Notes under the pieces: generated by a model | What the model was told of the DNA's origin: nothing | Databases searched by the model: none | What the model saw: the letters and a program-made list of their open reading frames with translations, nothing else | Assembly: GCA_024137785.1 (NCBI GenBank) | Contig: JAHRHZ010000116.1 | Coordinates: 62,001 to 126,000 of the forward strand | Length of the DNA stretch: 64,000 bases | Origin: Ginglymostoma cirratum | Lineage: Eukaryota | Direction of reading: 5' to 3' | Shown: piece by piece, positions 11,537 through 22,943 of the stretch | Layout: each line of letters opens with the position of its first letter | Numbering within the stretch: position 1 is the stretch's first letter | Position numbers and translations under genes: made by a program

Positions 11537-14075
11537 AAAATCAGAATATATGACGACAGACGTAAGGATACAGAGAATGGAGAGAGATGTACAAAACTTG
11601 GACATGGTGGGGATCACCCTACAGTAATACAGATGTTAGAGAGAGTTGCAAAACAAAAATCTCTGCAGAGGTATTTAGCACAGCACTGCGAACCCTGCAT
11701 TGGAGTGGGGATATGTGGCATGGTTTAAAACCAGAATTTGAGGAATTAAATGGTATTTATAGTCTGGCATTGCACTATTTATGGGGGAAGCTTCCAATTC
11801 ACAGGAAGGATTCTGGCTCTCATGTAAACCAGCGTCTTATACAACTTGTTGCATCTTTACACACTTCGAAGGGATAATCAAATAGTGAATGAAATAGCGC
11901 GCTATTTTTATGACAAGGGACAGTAGTATGAACCGATTCATCACTAACTTCCAAGTTTTAATTGAATAAGTATTGGTACCAGAAATTTGCGTGGCACAAC
12001 TTAGAAGTCAACAGTCCCAAGGCCAATTGATGTCTAGTTTCATGCAGCAGGGTGTACAGCGCTGGTGGAATAATACTCTTCTGTACTGAGTGACTCCATG
12101 ATTAAAAATTTCAATATTTTTCTTGAGGAAAGATAAACGCTTCAAAAATTCCAATATCAGTAAAACATTGACTTTCCAAATCCTCGTTTCTGAGAATGAC
12201 AGAGTTGTAATATATCACTCCTCCTAAGAATATATGTATAAAAAAACATAAGTTCATTTAAACTGAATATCGACCGTTAAGATCATTATTTTTTGATATA
12301 TAAACATTTCAACTAATCTCCTGTCAGCCTTTCACTTTTTCCACCCAATTTCGTCCATCAAGGGCCACATTTCCAATTGTAAATTACATTGAATTTTCAA
12401 ATTAGTTTCATTTTTGATGTACATCCATGTTGTATTCTTTATGGCCTGTCCCTTCATGGGATCTTGTGGTAAAGTCTATCAGTTGTCAATTAGCTTCAGT
12501 TTGTGTAGGTTCCACTGTGGTTTTACTGTTATGCAGTGGGAACAACGTCGACAGAGCTCTGGTAATTTCAGTTCCCCACAACCCATTGGTTGATAGTTTC
12601 TTATTTTCTTTGCGCGTATTTTTCCCTGAATTGCATAGAGTAGGGACAGGACGTTCGTTCCAACTTCACAATGCGAGTGCGTTTGTTCCACATCAGCCTA
12701 TCATATCTCTACATTTAATGACAGGGACCTGCAACCTTCTAATATTTTGTCCATCTTGTCGCTTCCCTATTTTATCCATTCCATGCATCAGTTGTTGCAT
12801 TCTATATTAATACGTCCTTGTATATGTATATTTGAAATGTCTCTGTGTTCTTGTGAACTTATATATTGATGTCTCATTGTTGTGGAGTCACGCACAATGA
12901 TTCTTTCTGCATTCCATCGCATTTAATCTGTGCATCATACAAATGATTTATCTGCAGACACCTCGTTGTTCCCTATTTACTGTAAATAGTTTGCACTACT
13001 TACTACTTCCTTACCATGAAAGGCAAGATGTTACTGTAATTTTCACACTGCACTTCTGCAACAACTGTTATTAGATGCTGAACTATGAATTGCAATGAAT
13101 GAGTTTGCATGAACATTAGTCTGTAATAGTATCAGGTATTCCAATTCAAATTCCAATCCAATTCAGTGAAATGTAATTTAGCGTCTTAGTGCATTGTGGA
13201 ATGATTAGTGTAAGACAGCACAGTGAAATGCCAGTTCTGCACAGGTGTCATTTCAGTATCTGCAGTTGATTTATTTTGTGGTGTTGCATTATGAGATATT
13301 TTGTAATACAGACATTCATTCAGATAGTCCGCAAATTCACAGTGCCAGCGCAGGAAGGATACATAAAAAACATTAATATCCCAATGTACAGCGCAAATGG
13401 TAATGGCATCTTAGGAATTCATTACTGTAAGGTCTAAAAATAAAGTCAGAAGGGATGCAAGATTTTTAAGCTGTTATTCATTTGTTTCCTAATAATTCCT
13501 AATTCCTAATAAGTAGCCCAAAGAGGTTGGTTAACAATTATTAGAAGGCATGGATGCGTTTCTTTCTCTCATCACAATGCTGCATATAATTGATACAGTT
13601 GGACATATTAAATTGAAGGATAAACAAGAGGCAGAATCAAAGGAAGCATGAGATTCAAGATAGTTGCATTATGTTATGGAAGCATCAGTGAAGACTTTCT
13701 AGAGTTTCTGAATATCTGAAGCATGATATTATAAAACGTGACATGTTGCTGATGACGATCCAACATCGGTTAACGGTTATGGTGTTGATGGATGGATGGA
13801 ACATAAAATGAATAGGGCCATGAGCACCAAATGTTTCCAATAAACCAAAAAGGACATTTAACCACTGGGACTCACTTACTGGCTGGCAAGCGGAGATTGT
13901 GATGAGGACTGATTGCAGTCAAAGATATTAGATATCTTATACTCACCAGTGGTTATGAAATAGATGGATACTAGAAATGGCAAATTGTTAGATCAAGAAA
14001 GCTGAAAAAGCAGACTGCAAGGGGCAGTAGCTGGTGTTTAGGCTGACCTTAACAACATATCTTTCTTTATCTCAG

Positions 14076-14930
14076 TCAACATGGTGGAGATTCTAATTCT
14101 ATCTCGAGGACGGTGAGGCTTTCCCCTGTGCATCTCAGGTTGCCAAATGGCAGCCACAGCCAATGATTTCCTTGTCATCATCACTGTAATCATCGTCAAC
14201 CAAGTCAGCCGCCTCTACTTCCTAGAAAGTGTCCTGTCCACCATTACTGCCTGCATTCTCAGCGTCGTACTATCCTACATTAGCTGGAATGGATTGGTCA
14301 TCTGACAGTGACCTTCATCATCGACCGTTTTATGGCCATTTTCTTCAAGAGGCTGAGACAAGATGATGCACCGAGGAAGCTACATCAATGGTCAAAGGAT
14401 TGACCTGTGTCCCGAGCTGTATAAATGACTAACTTTCTATTTGCATTCCAGCCCTTGTTCATCTTGGACAGGGTACCCTGGTTTTGCAACATCAAAACCA
14501 ACTTCTGTATCTGACCAGACTAGCAGGCTTAAGATTGGCTCTTCCAGATGTTTAACTCTTTTCTCTCATTCTGATGCTCAAGGTCCTGACTATATGAAAA
14601 AAGACGTTTATAGGAGTTTATAAACTCGGAAGGACCATGGATAGAGCAAACAATCAAGGCACGTGTCCCAGGGTTCTGCAGCCAAAAACTAGAAGGCATA
14701 GATTTAATATGGGCTGGGTAGGGAGGGTTTAAAAGTGACCTGAGGGGCAACTTTTTTTCATGGAAATGGTGGTGCATGTATGGAACAAACTGCCACAGAT
14801 GATCGTCGAGGCGTGCACAATTACAGGTGCTGCTCAACGTCCTGAGCATTACACATATCCTAGTGGCCGGCAGGGCCCATAGGAGGTTCCAGAGCGCCGA
14901 GAAGAGACAAGAGACAGAAATGGACAAGTA
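14076..14930 (+). pseudogene. Rhodopsin-class GPCR pseudogene (GPR139/GPR142-like), interrupted by a CR1 fragment
   Basis: after acceptor tttctttatctcag: VNMVEILILSRGR*GFPLCI...ANDFLVII...LTVTFIIDRFMAI (DRF motif)...CTEE...ILDRVPWFC...DWLFQ; resumes after the CR1 insert (~14580-14826) as LLNVLSITHILVAGRAHRRF. Confidence 0.75.
14580..14826 (+). mobile_element. CR1 LINE 3' fragment inserted in the GPCR pseudogene
   Basis: aaaactagaaggcatagatttaa...gacctgaggggcaacttttt resembles the CR1 ORF2 3' end. Confidence 0.65.
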
Positions 14931-16968
14931 TCAATGTAATCAATGTGAATGTTCAGCGCACAGTAATACATTCCACTGTCATCCAGCTGTTATAGTGCCA
15001 AGGATAAGCTGAAGAAATGAGCTGATGCTTGTAGTGTTGAATAGTTTCGAGTTTCCATATTCTCCTGTTTCTGCCCATCTCCTCCAAAATTCTTTTTTCT
15101 TAAAATTACCATTGTCTCCCCTGTCCTTTGTTGACACCATAGCAGATCATATTGGCTGCTGACTGTGGAAAATGAGCAGGTCAGCAGCATACATTCTTTC
15201 TCCAAGCATAATACTGAAGACATTGATTGCTTAATGGTGTTGCAATGGTGCAGTCCTTTAAGAGTAAAGAAATAAAAATCAGAACAATAAAATGTTTAGG
15301 TAGCACAGACATCAGTAGTCGTTCTTTCTTTCCCTTTATCAGACAATCATAGAATGTATAGCACAGAACGAGGCCATTCAGCATCTTGGGCACGTGTTGT
15401 GCCTTTGGTAAAGTTACTGAATTATTGCGAAATCCCCATTGGTTCCTGATGGACTTGCAAATGCTTTCCTTTCCAGAAACTTTACTTTGACTGTTGTTTT
15501 CCTTTCCAGCATGTTTAGTTTGACAGTTGCTATTAAATCAGCGTCCACTACATTATAACGCAGGGCATTTCACTTCAAAACAGTCATTGATAAAAGCAAT
15601 GACTTCTCAATTTCCCTGAGGTTCGATTGAAAATGACTTCAAATCCAAACCTCTTCTCACCGAGTTTTTTCGACTAAATGCAATGAAATTGCATTGGTAA
15701 CATTTGATGAGTTGTTTCCCCTTTTGGGAGAGTCCAGGGCATTAGGAATTACTCTTAGAGTAAAGGATCGACCGATCTGAGACAGAGATGAGGAGGAATA
15801 TTCTCTCTCAGAAGACAGTAAATTGCGAATTCTTTACCACAGAGGCTGCGTCGTTAAGTTATTCAAGGCTGAGATAGACCAAGTTTTAATTCGTAAGTGT
15901 TTATGGAAAAGGCATTAAACTGGAATTCAGAATTATCAGATTAGATATAGTCTCGATGATTGCCTGAGTACATTTGATGGGCCGCATTGTCTATTTCTGG
16001 TACTGCAACTTAGAGTCTTGTACAATGCTTCTATTGATAAATTCAATAATTCAAAATGTTTCAAAATAAGTCTTATCCCACTCTGTCCATATTTGAATTT
16101 TTGCACCCATAAAATATCTTACAACACTGTTGCAACCCTCTCTACAATGCAAACGTATTTATTTTCTTTTGCCTCCCTTCTTTATTCAAACAATAATGTC
16201 TCAGAGTTTGGAAGTGGTATTTATCATCTATTGACTCAGCTGCCTCAATTTCTGCCCATACTGTACAAAGTACAAGTCAGAAAAGAGATTCGACGATTTC
16301 CACCTACCTGGACAATTGCAGCTCTCAAGAAATTAAATGCTGTTCAGGGCAATGCAGCCTATCCATTGACACCTCCTTCATAACCGTCAACATTAATTCT
16401 CTTCAGCACCAGCAAAGAGTGGTAGCCGTGTATGTTATTTAAACTATGCATTACATGAACGGACCTCCCATACAGAATACCTGTATCACCTAGTCGGCAA
16501 GGGCAGCACTTACATGCAAATGCCGTCAGCTGTATGTCCTGCTCAAAGCTACACATCAACCTGATTTGGATATATATCGCAATTTCCTCACTGTCACTGA
16601 GACAAAATCTTGGAGCACCATTTCAACAACACTGTGGTTATCAATGCATAGCAAGGACAGCAGAACTTCAAGAAGGCTGCTCAGTACCCTCTTCTCCAGA
16701 TGATAATGTGTAATAAAACTCTCCCTATGCGTGGACGAATAAATCACAAATTATTTCATGGAGTTATAATTGTATTCATTTTTTTGCTGCCCATAAGCCT
16801 GCAAAATTCGAGGAATCGTCCACGCCCTCCTCAAAATTGTTCACCATTCTCCTAACTGTTTACTATGTTCCAAGACTACTACAATCTGCAAACTGGGAAC
16901 CCAGCGTCCAGGTATCTACGTTGCTACATCGTTATATTAACTGGATAATGATTTATTGTATGATTTCT

Positions 16969-17109
16969 NNNNNNNNNNNNNNNNNNNNNNNNNNNNNNNN
17001 NNNNNNNNNNNNNNNNNNNNNNNNNNNNNNNNNNNNNNNNNNNNNNNNNNNNNNNNNNNNNNNNNNNNNNNNNNNNNNNNNNNNNNNNNNNNNNNNNNNN
17101 NNNNNNNNN
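16969..17109. other. Assembly gap (N run)
   Basis: 141 N. Confidence 1.
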
Positions 17110-20100
17110 GACGCTTTGAGGAACCCAAACGTAAACCTTCACTGCAGTTTACAATTAAATCAATACAATTATCTGTCAACCAATAATTCTTATTGCCTAT
17201 TCCATTCATCTACTTATCTACATTTAACATTCTTTCCTGACACCTTTGGTTTGAAAATGTCTATTTCACGAGACCTCGCTTATGAGGCAGGTTTATATTA
17301 TAAAACTTGCATTTTAATTGGGCTAAAGTGACTCAACGAGTTTAAGGACAAGAATGATACCTGAATCCCTTGGTATTATTTTGTTCTCATACACCGGGTG
17401 TGTTGCACACTTTGAAATTTTCCAACTTACAAACTTGTCAAAAATTGTTGACAAGTTGTGAAAGGTGTATTTGCTGTAAACAACTATTGTGTAGCTAGTT
17501 TGCCTAACTTGACTAGCAGCAATTAGTTATCTTTCATCAAAAAGGCGATCAAACTGAATAGTCTCTTGTGAATACAGCAGGAAGAAAAAGGCTGAAATTC
17601 AATATAAGCAAAACCACACAACAGAGAACAATACAGGACGAAGAAATGGCACTTTGGTCTTCAATTTACGAGAAATTTGATTTATTTTATATATTGCAGT
17701 GTAATTCTTTTAGGAAGTGAGTTAAAACCGTCGGTGTATAGAAGGAAATGAAGAATAAACACGTCAGCGAGAATCAGACAGCAATAATCCTAATTTCCTC
17801 ATAGTTTTCCAACTATCAATGTGATTGTACTGATACAGTGGTATTAATGATGCAACATTAACTGCTAGCAATGAGCTTAATGCTTTGTCATATTTTGAGG
17901 AGTTTACTGTTTATGAGGGGAAATCTAAAAAGCAGGTTTTAATCAGCATCAGGCGACGACTTGACTGGAATTTCTCATCGTTTACATGCATTTGGCTTTC
18001 CAGTGACGACTCCTTCTGGATATTCAGACTTAAATTCCACATCTCTTGCACTGTTCTCCGGCTTGTTCTGACCACTGACACAATTCGGCATTTTTTTTTG
18101 TTCATTCATGCGATAGCTGGGGCAGCATTTATTGCCCATCTCTAGTTGCCCTAAAGAAGAGTTTGGCTATATGGCTTCTCGAACCACTGCAGTCCACTTA
18201 GTGTAAGTCTAATGATACAGTGACTTTAAGAAGTGAAATTTTCTTGTTTGTTTTTAATGAAGAAAGTTTGGGACAGAAATGCAGAGTTGTCTGCTCCAAC
18301 AGCGTTTTGGGGCCTTGGATTCTTTTTATTTAAATTAGAACAATAGAAGCAGCCTGGGTGGATGTCGTAAATCTCCCACAGAGCCAGGATTGTTAATTTT
18401 ATCTTCCTGCACTTGCTGGGGTCTTGAAGCTGGGTGTGGAAGCTTTTACTCCTCTTTCTGTTACAGCTTGTCCTTTCCCCAAGAAGTGAAGGTAACACAA
18501 TCTATTATAATGAACCTGCCTTTGTCATGGGTGCGTTTATGGGATCTTACTATTTTGTAACAATTAATTTATAGTAGTCTATATATCATTTTGATAAACA
18601 TTTCGACAGAGTCACCGTTAAGCCAATTATTTTTTCTTTATTTTATTTTACAGGTATTTTAACTGTAGTGTAAAAATAAAGCGTGTTTCTCTTACATCCG
18701 ATTAGTTTGACCAATAGAATTGCATCTCAAATGCAATGCCTCACACTTAGTTTTAAAATAAGAAAAAAATTATTGTCTAGGCAGCCTTAATATATATGGA
18801 AGAGCGTTTGCCTGGTCCATAACTTCGGCGCACCATCAGCGCTAGTAAGGAGTGAGTGTCATAATTTTGAGAGGACGACACTGAAAATAAGAGCATAATA
18901 GTATATGATCGTGGAGCAAGGGTTGGCAGTTTAGCATCTGAGCCTCTTCCATCATTTGATACGATCATGTCTGATCTAATCTCGGCCTCAACAGCGCTCT
19001 ATTACCCGCTGTCCATAATTGTTCAACCAGTAATAATTAAATATCTGTCTACCACCTCCTTAAGTTAACACTATCTCCCATTTTTTCACCACCCTCTGGT
19101 GTAGCAAATTCCACAGAATTAATCTCTTTGAGAGAAATAGTTTCTTCTCGTCATTTCTTTAAATTTGCGACTCCTTATCCTAAGTCTATGATCTCTTGTT
19201 CTAAAATGCTCCATATAAGGGAACAGGTTTCGATGGCTGCTTTGTCAATCTCCTTTGGCATCTTACATGCATCAATTTCTTCTCCTTTCATTCTTCTAAA
19301 CACCTGAGAAATCAGCCGAAACTGGTTACTTTTTCTTTATAATGCAATCCCACATCTCTGGAATCAGTTTCATAAACCTCCTCTGACCTGTTGGCAAATA
19401 TCCGGGTCGGAATGGTAACTTGTTTAGTGACAACTTGCAAGTAGTTGTGCTTCTGTGTATCCACGTCATTGTCCTTATATATGGCAGTGGGCATGAGTTA
19501 GAAGGGTGCTGTCTCACGATGTTTGGTGAATTTTCAGCACTGCGTCTCGAAGGTAATACACGCTGCTGCTAGGGAGTCTAGATGGTGGAGGGAGTTACTT
19601 GTTGTTTCTATAGTGCCAAATAAGCGGCCCATATTTTGCTTGATGGTGTTGAGCTTCTTGAGTGTTGTTGGAGGTGCAGTGTTCCAGACAAATTGGAATA
19701 TTCCATCGCATTAAGGAGACTCGCACCTTGCAGAAGGTAGATAGTGTTTGACACTACTTTGACATGTTCATGCATTTACAAGACACTGTTCTTTCGATGG
19801 ACTTACTCAAAGTAAGTAGCTCGTTAGGGTTACTGCCTTATTTATAACAAATGTGCTGGTTGCTTCCTGTTGTAGAAATAACAATGAAGATATACTCTTT
19901 TGATATATAATCCTCTGGCGGATATGTTGGAAAATGTTTACATGTCATTGGACAGAGTTTATAGTGTTAACTGACCTGCTCTGACAATGCCTGCTTGTGA
20001 AAGTAAGCAGGTGATTTATTTGCATTCCATTCATGAGGGATTGTAAATGATTATGTAATACTGTAATTGGGGAGAGTTAACAGGACTACGCAGTGAAATT

Positions 20101-20139
20101 AGTCTGCAAATAGCTTGAAAGCCGGCTCTTATGGTTCCT

Positions 20140-20390
20140 GGAGTCGAGCTGAATGAACACAGCCGGCCAAGCAGCATCAAAGGAGGAGGAAGGCTGACAT
20201 TTCGGGCCTAGACCCTTCTTCAGAAATAGCATTTCAATTTCAAATGGCAATCCGTTTCTGAAGAAGGGTCTAGGCCCGAAACGTCAGCCTTCCTGCTGCT
20301 CTGATGCTGCTTCGCCTGCTGTGTTCATCCAGCTCTACACCTTGTTATCTCAGATTCTCGAGCATCTGCAGTTCCTCCTATCTCTTATGC
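20140..20390. repeat. Head-to-head inverted pair of Penelope-terminus-like repeats (hairpin)
   Basis: ...tttcgggcctagacccttcttcagaaa [~28 nt] tttctgaagaagggtctaggcccgaaacgtc...; related copies near 26530, 42300, 46410, 46840, 59825 and 63024. Confidence 0.75.
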
Positions 20391-21527
20391 TTCCTGCCTA
20401 TCTTCATATCAAAACACCCTCTTCTAATCCTTGATTAAATTTGCATCCATCTTAATAAGGTCGAAAAACTAACGTGTAATTCAAGATGCCAGCATTCAAC
20501 CCGTTTCAGAATACCCTGCTGGGTTGACTCTTGAAAAGTGAAATGATATCGACAGAGTGTGTGATATTGCCAATGGCTGTTGAACTCTAGCAGTATGTGA
20601 ATAGTGAATATACAAAATAAACTTGCATTCATAACTGACAGAAAATTACAGCATCCTTAATAACAAGAATGCTGTAAATTCATTAAAACCCATTGAAATG
20701 AAACTGCTGCGTTCTTAACAATTATCCACTAACATATGTAAATACAGACCACGGCCAAAGTGAATCTTATATCACTATCGATTGGCTGTTTAGCTTCTTC
20801 CTTCACTGACGAAGAGATCAGCACATTCTCAATCGTGGGCACTGCAGTCTCATATGTGTGTTATTGTGCAGCTAGGCATCAGACACAAAAATGGAGCACA
20901 CCGATATAATGTGTGCTCCCGGTTTATGTCTTGCCAATGATATGTACTTTCTTTTCCTGCATGCATACACTCTGTCATGTAATCTATTTGAACAGAATTC
21001 ATCAAAAATATGCGAGAAGAGTTAATTTTTTAAATCAGTTTACTATTTTTGAGGTGCATGTCTATAGCCTCTCTACAAAAACTTTTAGGAAAGAGCTTCA
21101 CAGAATTTCTCCGGTATGTGTTATGCATTGTGAGGTACGGATTTAAAGGCTCAATACATTTTTGAAGGAAGTATTTAACGAAATTTCAAAATTCTCTTTG
21201 TCTTTTTAGAGAAATACTATAATAAAATTCTGCACTTCCCTCACTTCCCTGCAGAAGGAAGAGAGGACCTTGCTGGTCTTTAGACAGTTGACATGATCAA
21301 ATGTGGACGGCTGAACAAGTGAGAACCGACCGAGAAACCGTATCTTCACATGAAACGATCATATCTTCTTTTCGACCAATCCAAGAGCAGAAAGCCCACG
21401 TGACTTTAAGTGGGCGGCGCTGACTTTAATCCTTCGACAACTTAATGCCTTTATTCCATTCATGTGCTTCGATTTGAGCTGTGTCTAATTTTCTGACTTA
21501 AATTTCAGAACGTATTATTTGGTGCAA

Positions 21528-21962
21528 ATGAATTCATCACTAGTCATTCTGGCAATGCTAAGGTATAGGTACATGACTTGTACACAACAAGTATTTGTTT
21601 GTCTTTTAATTGTTCATGTTTTTCCAGTTTTCATCGTCTGAATTTTTTTCTCCGTCTGCGTCTCTCAGACCGTGTGATGCAGTTGCCCTCTTCCAAAATG
21701 CTCCAACAATGAGGGCAATGAGGGCAATAAGTATCTGTGATATGCCCAACATTTATGTGATGCGTGGCTACAGTCAGGGACTGGAGTAGTTAATAAATCG
21801 AGCATTGTTTGTCATGACCAGAAGCGGACAGCTTGAACTGAAGTTTATCATCACAGATAAATGAGGCCAACTGGTCTCTGAAAACACAGGAAATACTGAT
21901 CCTTCAGTTTATTTCTCGAGTAGCACACTGAGTTAAAACACAGCACCCGCTGGACAGACAAC
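21528..21962 (+). pseudogene. TCR V pseudogene
   Basis: leader-like MNSSLVILAMLR at 21528; acceptor ends 21668; DRVMQLPSSKMLQQ*...TDPSVYF; RSS CACACTG (21924) + 23 + ACAGACAAC. Confidence 0.7.
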
Positions 21963-22625
21963 CTTATTCATGCCAACAGATCCGGAGCAGTTCTAGCAGC
22001 CTTTCTAATAACAAAATTGCACTTTCTAGTTAAACATCATATCAAACATTCCCTGCTTCATACTATTTCATTTCTTCGACAACGTTTATAATACAATAAG
22101 AGACCGGAGATAAGTTGTGTGGGAATATTGACCAGAGAGAACCCCGACTAATCAAAATGTATTGCTTTGAAAAGTTGCATGGGAAGAAAGGGCCCCGATA
22201 GAAGCAACTGTGAAACAATAAATGTAAGATACACAATCACGCAGTTGGCTCCGAAGACCATAGCTTGTACGATGAATTTTGTGTATACTTTTATCAAGAT
22301 TTTCAACCATGCAAACCTATTCGTACAACTCTTCATTTTCTAATCACTCCTTGTCTTTGGAATCCCCACGGATAGCTCATTCTCCCTTTATTTATATGAC
22401 TCCAAGTCTTACTCTCATTTTGTCCTTCCTTCTTCATCATAATTTTTTGGATTACTACTCTCATTGTTCATCATTCTGTGCCTCTGTAATGCTTAATATT
22501 TCAAGACACCTTTCTTGTGTACTTAATTATTTTTGAAGTAAAGACCAATGTGTAAATGTACTATAATATTTTATGAAACTCAGCTCGGGCTCTGTAGCGT
22601 TCCAAGGAATGAGAGATGGCTTAAT

Positions 22626-22943
22626 TCTTAGAACGAATCCTTCGCAGTGTGGAAACAGGCCCTTTGGCCCAACGGCCCAACAAGTCCACACAGAACCTTA
22701 GAGCACCCCACACAAACCCACCTAACCTACACCTCCCTGAACACTATGGGCAATTTAGCAAGGCCAATCCACCTTGGCTCCACATCTTTGGACTGTGGGA
22801 GGAAACCGGAGTGAACCCACGCAGACGCGGGGAGAATGTACAAACTCCACACAGACAGACAGACGCCCGAGGCTGGAACCGAACCCGGGTCCCTGGTGTT
22901 GTGAAGCAGCAGGGCTAACCACTGAGCCACCGCGCTGCCCACA
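22626..22943 (-). mobile_element. HE1-like SINE
   Basis: reverse complement gcagcgcggtggctcagtggttagc...gtctgtgtggagtttgtacattctccccgcgtctgcgtggg. Confidence 0.85.

Noticed and set aside
13219-13375. Two isolated CACAGTG heptamers
   Set aside because: No nonamer at 12 or 23 spacing and no gene segment attached
16837-17331. ORFs spanning the N run
   Set aside because: Artefacts of the assembly gap
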